Positions 30,941-40,991 of a stretch of DNA of 64,000 nt are shown here, one piece after another; the first letter of the stretch is position 1, and each line of letters starts with the position of its first letter. The position numbers and the translations under genes were made by a program. Source of the stretch: Barthelona sp. PCE (taxonomy: Eukaryota); NCBI GenBank assembly GCA_040285745.1, contig JAUFOR010000004.1:1302001-1366000 (forward strand). The letters are read 5' to 3'. The notes under the pieces were generated by a model. The model was not told the origin of the DNA. It did not search any database and was given only the letters and a program-made list of their open reading frames with translations.

Positions 30941-31540
30941 ATGACAAATGAGCAAAATAACAAGCCGCTGTCTTCCTTTGCAAGCGAATTAGATAAAAGG
31001 ATACGATTCAAAGCTGATGCATATTTAGATCAGCTTTTGCCTGGAGTGAGAGTAATTCCAAGTGAACATCACCACTGGGTATGTACTCATTGGCTCAGAG
31101 ACATGTGTCACAAGGGTGACGAGTGTGAATACCTTCATACTCTTGATAAAGATCGTATGCCACCTTGTAGATTCTACCATACACCTCAGGGATGTTCAAA
31201 TCCAGAGTGTTTGTATGGCCATTATGAGGCTGCTGCTAGATGCCCTTCATATGCACTAGGATTCTGTCCTTCAGGTCCATCATGTGTTTACAATCACGTT
31301 CACCAGCAACCGTGTGAGCACTACTTAGCAGGGTTCTGTCCCAGAGGTCCCGACTGCCCGTTTGGCCATCCTAAATATATTCAGCCTCCTAAAGCAGCCA
31401 ACGTTTGTCCATTTTGTGGTTCTCAAGAACATATTGGTCGTGATTGTTTACATAATCCTAACAGAAAGAACATCAAACAGCACGTTGATGGTATGATGCT
31501 TGGTAGTAGAAGAAGGAGAACAACTAAGGTGTTAATGTAA
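30941..31540 (+). CDS. CPSF4: CPSF30/Yth1 cleavage and polyadenylation factor
   Basis: VCTHWLRDMCHKGDECEYLH..DRMPPCRFY..CPSYALGFCPSGP..CEHYLAGFCPRGPDCPFGHPK and a CCHC knuckle. Confidence 0.9.
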   Translation: MTNEQNNKPLSSFASELDKRIRFKADAYLDQLLPGVRVIPSEHHHWVCTHWLRDMCHKGDECEYLHTLDKDRMPPCRFYHTPQGCSNPECLYGHYEAAARCPSYALGFCPSGPSCVYNHVHQQPCEHYLAGFCPRGPDCPFGHPKYIQPPKAANVCPFCGSQEHIGRDCLHNPNRKNIKQHVDGMMLGSRRRRTTKVLM

Positions 31541-31798
31541 GGTTTTTAGTGTCTGAAAGTCTATGACTTGACAGCTGGGGAACAGAGAGCGGTAGCGGAC
31601 GAGAATAGTATGATTTGTATTTGCGTTGCGTTCTATCCCAGAATTTTTTTTTTTAATCCAATTCGTTTTTTGTTATAAGAATCCTTTTAAAACCGACTTT
31701 GTTCCACAATGATAGTATCCACAGTAAACTTAAATCATTTGCAACGTAATTTTTTATCCTTTTTGTAGTACAACACATCATCTCTTTGAATTCTTTAA

Positions 31799-32839
31799 AT
31801 GGAAGTTGAGCGGGCAAAACTTGATCAGGACCTGCGCAATGTTACCAAAAGGTTCGAAAAGATCGAAAAAAGTGTTTTGCGTATGTTAAGAATCAATAGC
31901 AACGATGCAAGAAAGCGTTTGAACCATCAGGTATCGCAAGAGCTCAATTCCCTCGCAAACCTTAACGCATCATTATTGGCAATCCCTAAATCAGTAAGAA
32001 AATTTAAGAATCACAAATCTCAACACAAATTGTGGCTCAACATAAGAGAAACTCTGTATCTGTTAACGGATTCCCTGTGTTGTGCCTTTAGAACAAATGT
32101 TCCACATTGGGTTAACAAAAGAATCTTGGGTAGAGTGAAAGATGAAGTTACTCTCAAAACTGTGTCAAAGAAAAGTAGAGTCATCGATAAAAGGCCCAAA
32201 AACACACCAAAAACAGCGCAAAGAATGGATCTAAGAGATGAAAATTTATTGAATACACAACGTGTTCTTGATATGGATCTCATTCCACATGTTTCAACAC
32301 CCTCAACAATGTCCATCTCGCCCATAAAGCAATCAAGCGCATCGGCCAATGAGCGTATGATGCGTGTTATTATCAAGCAAGAACAGTTGTTAGATGTGCT
32401 TCAATCTCATATGGACGAATTGTATCATTTCAGGGAGCTTTTGAAAATGGATGAAGCGGCATCCTCTGAGGCACAGGCCGTGTACGAGATGAAAGCAAAG
32501 ACATTAGATATATATGGCTACGATTTGGAATTTCCAATCAAGCCTCACGTGTACAAACAGATTGATATGGATATAAATCAGCTCATTTTTGAGGTTGAAT
32601 CAGTGCAAAACATGCTTTTTCAGATGCATGCACCCCAAACTCCTCCTAAACTCCATGTTTCACATCGCTTAAGTTATGTTCAGCCTGATGTTGATGAACA
32701 TGTTGTCTTAAGTCCTCATATCGAAGAAACATGCGAAGAACCGCTGGAACTGGGGTTCTTGCCGTCTGCTGAGCCTTCACAAATATCAGCGTTAAGCAAT
32801 GCCTCTCATTCTGATTCTGATGCTTATGTGGAATTCTGA
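31799..32839 (+). CDS. Hypothetical coiled-coil protein
   Basis: 346-aa ATG ORF; no motif recognised. Confidence 0.7.
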   Translation: MEVERAKLDQDLRNVTKRFEKIEKSVLRMLRINSNDARKRLNHQVSQELNSLANLNASLLAIPKSVRKFKNHKSQHKLWLNIRETLYLLTDSLCCAFRTNVPHWVNKRILGRVKDEVTLKTVSKKSRVIDKRPKNTPKTAQRMDLRDENLLNTQRVLDMDLIPHVSTPSTMSISPIKQSSASANERMMRVIIKQEQLLDVLQSHMDELYHFRELLKMDEAASSEAQAVYEMKAKTLDIYGYDLEFPIKPHVYKQIDMDINQLIFEVESVQNMLFQMHAPQTPPKLHVSHRLSYVQPDVDEHVVLSPHIEETCEEPLELGFLPSAEPSQISALSNASHSDSDAYVEF

Positions 32840-32850
32840 TTGTTTAACAT

Positions 32851-34701
32851 TTATTTAGAGTGGGTGAATGCAATACCCTGTTGCTTTGATACGTCAGGGA
32901 TACCAAAACGTCTTGTATTGATTGGTAGAAGATCGTTAACGTCCATATCAAGCATTTGAGTGAAAAAATAGCTGTCACTACTCAATTGTGCAACAATCGC
33001 TTCGCTATCCTCACGGAAAAGATCCTCCTTTGGCTTGCTGAGGCTGTTAGTAAGCTCTCGCATGCGATTATCATCAAGTAAATCATAGGGTTCAATATCA
33101 ACCAGATGCGTTTCAGAAAATCGCTCAATTAGAGCATCAAAACGTTGATTTGAAACACCACCATCAATATAAGTGTCTTTAGAGTTCATTGCATTGTATA
33201 ATTCCTCTTCTTCTTCATCTAAATGGTCATCAAAGTACATGTCTTCATCGTGTGGGTCCTCCTGCATTGGTATATCGACGGGAGATGGAGGATTAACTGG
33301 AATCTTAACTTTTTCTTTCCTTTTCTTTGATTTCTCCTTTCTAGGTGGTGTTTGTGCTTTGACAGGACTATCTTTCTTCTTGTGAGCTTTCCTATCCAGA
33401 ATCTCAGCATATTCAGATTGCTCTAACTTGTGTTGATATGAATCCTTATCGTCACGAGCATTTTTCAACCTTTCTTCATGCATTCTCTTTTCCTTTTCCT
33501 TCCTTAACTTTCGCTTTTCGCGCTCCTCACGCACCTTACGTCTCTTTTCTTCCAACTCATGATCAACAACTGGTTCAGCAACTGGTTGCACTTTAGGTTG
33601 ATGACTTATAAGGCTATCAACGTCCATTCCCAATGCTCTAGCCTGTTCTATCTTTGAATCCAATTGTGCACGCATAAAATCCAACTCACCTGCAGTATCT
33701 TCAGCAAGTATTTGACTAACCTGAACAATTTCCTCTCTTAATAATTCTATTTTTGCGTCATCAACATCTAGTAAATTCTGCTTCATTGGTGGTAGGTCGA
33801 GGATAGATTCATCCTCTTCATCTTGTTCAAAGGTAGGTTCGGGCAACAATACAGACTTTTCTACAAAACTTTCTTCCTCCTCTGACTCAACAACTGGATC
33901 ACTCATCCTACTGTACGTCTCTCTGTCAACATTTGCTGCCCTTTCAACAATAGGTGAAACGCGAGGTATCTCTGACGCCATTGAATCCGCTCTCTTCCGT
34001 GGTTTTGGAATGTTGAGCTTCTTTTCCGATACAGATTTAACCGGAGTCACCTCGGGGGTTGGCTGTTTCAAAGGAACAACGACTCTTGATTTGGGAATTG
34101 CTCGCTGTGATAATTCTGTAAATTTTGGTGTTAAACGGCGTGACGCACTCCTCAGCTCCTCCTTAAGCTTGTTTTCAGCGTTAATATTATTCTGAAATAC
34201 ACGATTTTTAACGAGTTCTACCCTTGTTTCATCAAATCGATATTTGCGGTTTTCTTTACGACCAAATAGTGGTCTAAAACGTACCTTCTCACTTGATAAT
34301 GGTTTGTATTCAGAGCATGTTACAGGTGGAATAACTTTTTTCTTTTCCAGTTGCTGCCATAAAGGATCCTTGAACCTATTCAATTTCGTAAAGACAGCAG
34401 TCTTCTGACTGAGCAGTTGCAACATTGGCATATGCATTGGTTTCTGTAGAGTTAAGCTCAGACTCAGGTCATCAACTCCTACCTCATGGTAATCATTAAA
34501 AAGAGGTGTTTTGATGGAATACATTTCTTCCTTGTTTTCAAACGTGATTTGTTCGCGCGTTGGGAAGTTGTGTCTGTCAGGTGTGTGGAATTGGTCTGAT
34601 TCTTTTAAAACAGAAACTTCGCCCTTCAAAGCGAGAATTTTCTCCCGCTTAGCCCTTGCGCTTGCCCTTATTTCCTTACTCAACGGTGAATTTGTGGACA
34701 T
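32851..34701 (-). CDS. Hypothetical charged/coiled-coil protein
   Basis: 616-aa ATG ORF with E/K/R-rich segments. Confidence 0.75.
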   Translation of the reverse strand: MSTNSPLSKEIRASARAKREKILALKGEVSVLKESDQFHTPDRHNFPTREQITFENKEEMYSIKTPLFNDYHEVGVDDLSLSLTLQKPMHMPMLQLLSQKTAVFTKLNRFKDPLWQQLEKKKVIPPVTCSEYKPLSSEKVRFRPLFGRKENRKYRFDETRVELVKNRVFQNNINAENKLKEELRSASRRLTPKFTELSQRAIPKSRVVVPLKQPTPEVTPVKSVSEKKLNIPKPRKRADSMASEIPRVSPIVERAANVDRETYSRMSDPVVESEEEESFVEKSVLLPEPTFEQDEEDESILDLPPMKQNLLDVDDAKIELLREEIVQVSQILAEDTAGELDFMRAQLDSKIEQARALGMDVDSLISHQPKVQPVAEPVVDHELEEKRRKVREEREKRKLRKEKEKRMHEERLKNARDDKDSYQHKLEQSEYAEILDRKAHKKKDSPVKAQTPPRKEKSKKRKEKVKIPVNPPSPVDIPMQEDPHDEDMYFDDHLDEEEEELYNAMNSKDTYIDGGVSNQRFDALIERFSETHLVDIEPYDLLDDNRMRELTNSLSKPKEDLFREDSEAIVAQLSSDSYFFTQMLDMDVNDLLPINTRRFGIPDVSKQQGIAFTHSK

Positions 34702-35141
34702 CCTGTGTAAATTTGCGATTAAAACCTAGCAAAAACTCAGAAAGAAGTAGAAAGAAGTAAAACAAAATGGAAAGTTTCCCAGAATATCATACATCTCTTA
34801 TACATATCCAACAATTTACCTAGCATAAGGAAATTAAACTTGGATGAATCCACAAAAAGAGAAGAAAAATTTATGTTCTGCTTAAGATATTTTATGTGCA
34901 GAATGTTAGTGTATTGTGGAAAGTCGCATTTTTCCAATTCAGTAATTCATAATTAATCATAATAGATCAGGGTAATTCTATCTCTAAATTGTAAAAAATG
35001 TGAAAGTTCAATGCAAAGCAAATTTTTAAAGGATAACTATGACACAACTACATTTTTGGATGTACATGAACTCAGAAATATGTTTTCGGGTTTATCCAGT
35101 CTTTCTACATTTCACTTGTTCTCTTACGGCTTCGAATATCG

Positions 35142-36500
35142 ATGTCCAACCGAGATCCGATCAAGTGGCCAACAGCACGCCAGAAGCTACTTGAATATTT
35201 GAGCAAACAACCGAATTTGAGCGTTTTAAAGGAAAAAGATAATTTCCTTGTTTCTATTGACAAACCACAACGCATCATCGGTGTCGCAACATCGCCCCCG
35301 GGGAGTTTAACTCTCAGTAAGGATACTACAAAAGGTATACTGCTTAAAGACAATTCAAAGCAAACACCTTGCACTCCACGACGTAAGAAGAAGAAATCAG
35401 TGCGCCTGACTATCAGGCCGCGTATTTGGGTTGAAAAACGTATTGAATCATTTTACAATCATCGCTTCCAAAGTTTATCTCAACAATTAAAGACTGGAAA
35501 TATAGAAGAAGATTGTAAGGAAGCGCTGAAGCAATTTTTCAACGACACATTGGGTGTTGAGAACCTTGTACGCAAATCATATCTCACATTAGTTCAAAGT
35601 GCTCAAGCATGTGATAATAGCGTATTTGTATCGTTATTTTTAGATTTCTTTGAAGGTAAACGATCATTTACTGAATTCTTATGGTTCTTAGTTATGAGAG
35701 ATAAGGTGAAACAGTACAGTGTATTACAAAAAGGTAGATTGATAATTGAGAGAAAAAATTATACTCGTTGTCGTGCTGTTTTATTAGGAGTAGCTCTTGA
35801 AGCAGCCAGTTCTCTAGATAGCTTTGTATCATTTAATAAGAAAGGGCAACTTGATTATCTTCAATTGTTAACAGAAATTTTTGAATGTTTCATTTTGTTT
35901 TATAAACAAGAAAAATTGCAGGAAGATACAGATGAAGAATACTCAGAGCATGAGATGTTGGAAGAAATATATTCAACTCCATCAACTCCACACAAACCAG
36001 TTGATGTACAACATCCAAAACTGTTGAGCTCAGAGGAAGAAGAGGTAGTAGAAGAAGAAGCATACAGTTTGAATGATTACAATGAGTCTACTGATGATGA
36101 ACTGGATGATGATGATTATGATGATGGAGGCTTAATTACTCCTGAAGTTCTTCACAATTTAAAACAATCATTAATGGATCATCAAAATCAAAATCTTTCG
36201 CAAATTCAACAACCGTTGGATCTAATGAAATTAGCAGAGATGCCTCTGACCACTTCACCTTCTCCGTTAAAACAAACAACAATAATGCGTGAACAAACAC
36301 AAAGTCCATCACAAGTCGTAGTAACTTCGTTTGATAATATTTTAGAAGATGTAATGAAGGAAGATGAGGATGAAGTTGAGGATGAATCAAGTAGTGAGGA
36401 TGAAATTTATAATTATGAAGGAACAAATGAAGAATTGCTTTTAATGTCTCAAAAAACTGCAATGTTAAAAAAACTAATGCAGGATGAACAGTCTGTGTAA
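35142..36500 (+). CDS. Hypothetical protein with acidic C-terminal half
   Basis: 452-aa ATG ORF. Confidence 0.72.
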   Translation: MSNRDPIKWPTARQKLLEYLSKQPNLSVLKEKDNFLVSIDKPQRIIGVATSPPGSLTLSKDTTKGILLKDNSKQTPCTPRRKKKKSVRLTIRPRIWVEKRIESFYNHRFQSLSQQLKTGNIEEDCKEALKQFFNDTLGVENLVRKSYLTLVQSAQACDNSVFVSLFLDFFEGKRSFTEFLWFLVMRDKVKQYSVLQKGRLIIERKNYTRCRAVLLGVALEAASSLDSFVSFNKKGQLDYLQLLTEIFECFILFYKQEKLQEDTDEEYSEHEMLEEIYSTPSTPHKPVDVQHPKLLSSEEEEVVEEEAYSLNDYNESTDDELDDDDYDDGGLITPEVLHNLKQSLMDHQNQNLSQIQQPLDLMKLAEMPLTTSPSPLKQTTIMREQTQSPSQVVVTSFDNILEDVMKEDEDEVEDESSSEDEIYNYEGTNEELLLMSQKTAMLKKLMQDEQSV

Positions 36501-36550
36501 AACACCTCGTTCTTTTACAGAAATGTGGTTGAATTTGGTAATCCAGTAAA

Positions 36551-37001
36551 TTACTCATTGGAAGGCTTAATGACGGAAACCTCAAGAATGATGGAGGGAT
36601 CGAGAGGTACGTTGGTGATGCTACGGGCCTCGTCGGTACCAGCAAGAATATCTACAACACGCTTGTGGATACCCATGTCAAAACGGTGCCATGTCTTACG
36701 ACCCTCACCACAAGGAGTCTTCAAAGTGGAGATGGACATCTTCTTGGTGGGCATACGGATAGGTCCGCGGGTGCTGACTTGACGCTTCTTGGCGTTCTCG
36801 ACAACTAAACATAAGTTGATATTTGGCTAAATACAGCTTAGCAATGGCTTCGACTAAGTGCGTACAGATGCTACAGTACTCGAAAAACATTGTAAAAGTA
36901 TTCTAATACATACTACCTTGGCAAGCCTTCTCAAGAGGACGAACGGAAGACGAAGCAAGCTTAACACGGATGAAAGTGTTGGATTGGGCAATCTTGGACA
37001 T
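36551..37001 (-). CDS. RPS20: 40S ribosomal protein S20 (uS10); exons 37001-36914 and 36804-36551
   Basis: Spliced: MSKIAQSNTFIRVKLASSSVRPLEKACQGIVENAKKRQVSTRGPIRMPTKK..TPCGEGRKTWHRFDMGIHKRVVD. Confidence 0.95.
36805..36913 (-). other. 109-nt hairpin-containing intron of RPS20
   Basis: gtatgt...acttatgtttag; removal gives the conserved uS10 spacing. Confidence 0.88.
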
Positions 37002-37103
37002 TATAAATAACGTAAGGCCGAAGTAAAAAGGGTATTTAAGCTTAAAGGAAGTTGCTTTGTTTATTTCACTGCTTTTCATAGTGTATGTATACTTGATTAT
37101 AAC

Positions 37104-38093
37104 TTACTGCACACCTGCTGCAGAAGAAGTCTCTAAAGTTACAATTTGTTTTTCTCCAAAATTTTCTTGCATAAAATCAAGTACAAGAGGTAATCCTGTA
37201 GTGAGAGACTCGATAGCTTCCCATTTTAGAACTGTTTTTGCCACTTCAACACATGAACAACTGTGTTTAATATCACCTTCTCTTTCTGGGCCATATTCTA
37301 TTTCTGAGGCACTCTTACACACTGTGACGCATGTATCAGCGAGCTCTGTAATGGTTGACGTCTTTCCTGTTCCAAGATTCATTACTAGATGACCTGGATG
37401 ATTTTCAAACAAGTAGGTTGTGATAGCACGACATAAATCATGAACAAAAATAAAGTCTCTACTCTGTTCACCGTCACCAAAGATGATGAGTTTCTTATTT
37501 GCAAGTGCACGATCCATGAAAATGGAAATAACACCTGTATAAGGAGATTTCGGATCTTGCCTGGGTCCAAAGACATTGAAAAAGCGAAATGCGCATGTAT
37601 CAATTTCAAGTTCACCCATTATCTTCTCCATTAAATACTTGGATTCAGCATATGGGGATAAAAAGGAGTCACCTTCACAGTAATACTCTTTAATGGGTAG
37701 GCGTAGCTCATTGCCGTAGACAGCTGCACTAGAGGCACCACAAATCTTGACCAAATTTGGACAGGTAGTAATGAGATGATTAAACAGCTTTCTACTTCCC
37801 TCAACGTTAATTCTGTGGTACTTTTCAGGGTCTTTTACGGATTCTGCGACAGAAATAGCTGCTGCTAAATGGACACAATGAGTTATGTCAGTTGGTAACT
37901 TTTCTAAATCTTGCTGTATGGATATGTCCCCCTCATAATAGTCTACTTTGTCATGCTCCAGCACACAAAAGTTCTTCCCTGTCGATTGATCATCCATAAT
38001 GACAATATCAACATTTAATGGAAAGCACGCGCGTATATGATCAATTAAATTCGATCCAATGAATCCCAGACCGCCAGTTATGAGTACTTTCAT
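37104..38093 (-). CDS. NAD-dependent epimerase/dehydratase (UDP-glucose/UDP-GlcNAc 4-epimerase-like extended SDR)
   Basis: MKVLITGGLGFIGS, HLAAAISVAESV, ASSAAVYG, SPYAESK (YxxxK), RFFNVFGPRQDPKSPYTGVI, REGDIKHS. Confidence 0.9.
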   Translation of the reverse strand: MKVLITGGLGFIGSNLIDHIRACFPLNVDIVIMDDQSTGKNFCVLEHDKVDYYEGDISIQQDLEKLPTDITHCVHLAAAISVAESVKDPEKYHRINVEGSRKLFNHLITTCPNLVKICGASSAAVYGNELRLPIKEYYCEGDSFLSPYAESKYLMEKIMGELEIDTCAFRFFNVFGPRQDPKSPYTGVISIFMDRALANKKLIIFGDGEQSRDFIFVHDLCRAITTYLFENHPGHLVMNLGTGKTSTITELADTCVTVCKSASEIEYGPEREGDIKHSCSCVEVAKTVLKWEAIESLTTGLPLVLDFMQENFGEKQIVTLETSSAAGVQ

Positions 38094-38205
38094 CAAAAGA
38101 ATAGAAATAAAAGGAGAAAATGGATTGCACCTGAGTAGTTCGAAAAAAATATTTTCAACCAATGAAAAGTTTCCTTTATTGACAAAAATAGCATCAAATT
38201 AGTTC

Positions 38206-38977
38206 TTAACAGACACATGTACCACCGATATCATCATCAGGGGTTAAATCAGGCATCAAAATGTGATCATCCTCAACTTCAGGCTGATTCAACTCAAATT
38301 TCTCTTTCAACCTTGTAGCAATGTTGGCGAAAGCAGCATCAATGTTGATATTATCCTTAGCACTGGTCTCAATTGGTTGAGGTAGACCATAAGTTCGAGC
38401 AAATTCCTCAGCCATTTCAAAAGAGACTTGACGATCAGCTTCAAGATCACACTTGTTACCCACCAATAAAAGCTCAACATCAGGGTCAGCATCATTGCGA
38501 ATTGATTCAATAAGCTTCTTACAATCAGCAAATGAGTCGTGGCTAGTAATATCATACACTAAAAGGATACCAGAAGCGCCGTGTACGAAAGCAGACGTTA
38601 AAGAATGGAATCGTTCCTGTCCAGCAGTGTCCCACTAAATGTAAGGATACTCTAAATTATGAATCCCTTGAAATCCCAAAAGCAATTTTGCAGGTCCCTG
38701 TTCCCGTTCTACAGCCTGGGGCTTTTTAAAAAAGCGATTTAAAGAAAAAAAAACATACAATCTGTAATTTCACAAGTTTGTCGTCGATTGTTGTGTTGTG
38801 GACCTTGAAATCTACACCTAGGGTAGAAATGTGCTTGTGTGTCCACGTTCCATCGACAAAACGGGAAAGAATGGATGACTAAATATTAGAATAACTCCCC
38901 CTGGTGCACAATCATACCTTTCCTGCTGCGCTGCTTCCGATAATAAGTAGCTTGAAGAGATAGTCGAACTCTGACAT
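38206..38977 (-). CDS. Rab1-like small GTPase; exons 38977-38918, 38878-38759, 38634-38206
   Basis: Spliced: MSEFDYLFKLLIIGSSAAGK|SSILSRF..STLGVDFK..KLQI|WDTAGQERF..GNKCDL..ETSAK..CVC prenylation end. Confidence 0.92.
38635..38758 (-). other. 124-nt hairpin-containing intron 2 of the Rab gene
   Basis: gtatgt...ccttacatttag between LQI and WDT. Confidence 0.9.
38879..38917 (-). other. 39-nt intron 1 of the Rab gene
   Basis: gtatga...tctaatatttag. Confidence 0.9.
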
Positions 38978-39490
38978 ATTAAGAGAAGGTCAAAAACACG
39001 ATAACAAATTTCTTCTCGTTTTCATTTTATTGTTCTATATCATATGGATTTTCCTTTGTTTACTGGGGCTTGTTTTTAACACATGGGATTTATAAGGATA
39101 TAATTTGAATTTCCTTAACTTTTCATTTTCACTACCTATTTAAATATGCTTTGCTTCTGAATTTATCATCAAAATATCACTCGCTTTGCTATCTCACATC
39201 CATTATTGAACATGCAAGTCCATGAGGATGGGTTATTGTAATTGTGGTGCAAATAAATAGCAATGGTTTTCAATGTATATCAACCATTCAAAGCAATTAA
39301 TGCGCAACGACACACCATTAAATGTGGAAAAAAAGCAGAGGAACCAAAGTATGTGGGAAAAAAAATACTTCTTCTTTGTGACACTGTGCATCGGTATAAA
39401 GCCTCTCACCGTGCACCATTAGGTACCGCACTAGTCACCAGGGAAATAAATTATCTAGAAATCTACTTTCTCAAAAAAAAACCGTTTCCA

Positions 39491-40630
39491 ATGAGTACTA
39501 AGGCTGTTTTGGGCAAATTTTCATCAAGACTGAAGATGGGCATTGTGGGATTGCCTAATGTTGGTAAATCTTCAACATTTAACCTCTTCTCCACAAGCAA
39601 ACAAAGTGATGCTCAGAATTACCCTTTCTGTACCATCGATCCCACACAAGCAATTGTACAGCTTGAGGATCCACGCTTTGATCGCCTGTGCGAAATCTTC
39701 CAACCCCGTTCTCGCGTCCCCGCTTCATACGAGATTATTGATATTGCAGGACTGATTTCTGGTGCACATAGGAACGAAGGTCTTGGTTTCAAGTTCCTTG
39801 ATAACATTGCAAATTGTAATGGTATCTTTAACCTTGTTCGTCTTTTCCCTGATGATGATGTCAGTCACGTTGAAGGTACTGTTGACCCTGTCCGTGATCT
39901 GGAGATCATTGCTGACGAGCTCAGATTACGTGATCTTGCTGTTGTTATTGGTATGCTCCCTCAGTTCGAGAAAGATGCTCACCATGATGTCGAAGCTCGT
40001 AAGGCTCTTGCTATTGTCGAGCGTGTTAGAGATGCACTCGAGAATGGTCAACACGTTCGGTTTGTTGATTGGCACGAGAATGATGTTGAAACCGTCAATT
40101 CTCTCCATCTTCTAACCGCTAAACCATCTATTTATCTTCTCAATATGTCTGAGCATGACTTTTTGCGCAAGAAGAACAAGCATTTGAAGAGAGTATTCCA
40201 ATGGGTGCAAGCAAACGGTGGTGAGCAAATTGTTCCCTTTTCATGTTCTATGGAGCAGGAGATCATCAGAGATCCTGAGTACGAGCATAAGGATGAATCT
40301 CAACTTGATAAAATCCTTAGTGCAGGTTTCAAGTGCATTAATTTGATTTCTTTCTTTACTTGTGGTGCTGATGAGGTCCGTGCTTGGAACCTTCGAAGTG
40401 GTAATGGTTTCAATACCGCTGTTAACGCCGCTGGTGTTATTCACAATGATCTGAAGAACTCTTTCCGTTCAGCTGAAATTTACAAATACAGTGATATTGA
40501 TGAACTGGGTAGAGAGAGTGAAGTGCGTGCCAAGGGTCTGTTAAAGACTGTAGGACGTACATATCTTGTTGAAGACGGTGATTGTTGCTATTTCAAGGCT
40601 ACTTTAGCTAGAAGTGGCAAGCGTAAGTAA
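39491..40630 (+). CDS. OLA1: Obg-like ATPase OLA1/YchF (5' end uncertain)
   Basis: GIVGLPNVGKS, NYPFCTIDP, DIAGL, TAKP, FFTCGADEVRAW, AAGVIH, YLVEDGD. Confidence 0.95.
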   Translation: MSTKAVLGKFSSRLKMGIVGLPNVGKSSTFNLFSTSKQSDAQNYPFCTIDPTQAIVQLEDPRFDRLCEIFQPRSRVPASYEIIDIAGLISGAHRNEGLGFKFLDNIANCNGIFNLVRLFPDDDVSHVEGTVDPVRDLEIIADELRLRDLAVVIGMLPQFEKDAHHDVEARKALAIVERVRDALENGQHVRFVDWHENDVETVNSLHLLTAKPSIYLLNMSEHDFLRKKNKHLKRVFQWVQANGGEQIVPFSCSMEQEIIRDPEYEHKDESQLDKILSAGFKCINLISFFTCGADEVRAWNLRSGNGFNTAVNAAGVIHNDLKNSFRSAEIYKYSDIDELGRESEVRAKGLLKTVGRTYLVEDGDCCYFKATLARSGKRK

Positions 40631-40991
40631 AGTCTTTTCCTATCCCTATCTGTAAACAACCGTAATACTGATGTTCATACACGCTTAAAATTTATATTAG
40701 GAGAATAGAATCACGTAATTATGTTTTCGCCAAATGTTCGTTGTAGAAGTAATTTATATCTTTAAAGAGATGCCACCTTATATTTATATGCGGATATGCC
40801 TATAAATACAATACAAAAAAGCAAGAGGATCCATAAAAGCTGCTTAACTTTTTTTCCTTTATTCGATCCTCAAGTGGTATGTTGAAACTAGGGTTTTTAG
40901 CCAGGGTTGTCGATAGTGTTGCATCTAAATCATCTAGATATTCGTTGACATAACCCTTTTTTACTTTAGTCTATTCTAACATTCAGTAACT

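Noticed and set aside
31563-31600. SECIS-like ATGA..AA..GA in the CPSF30 3' region
   Set aside because: The upstream gene has no in-frame TGA and the stem geometry is poor.
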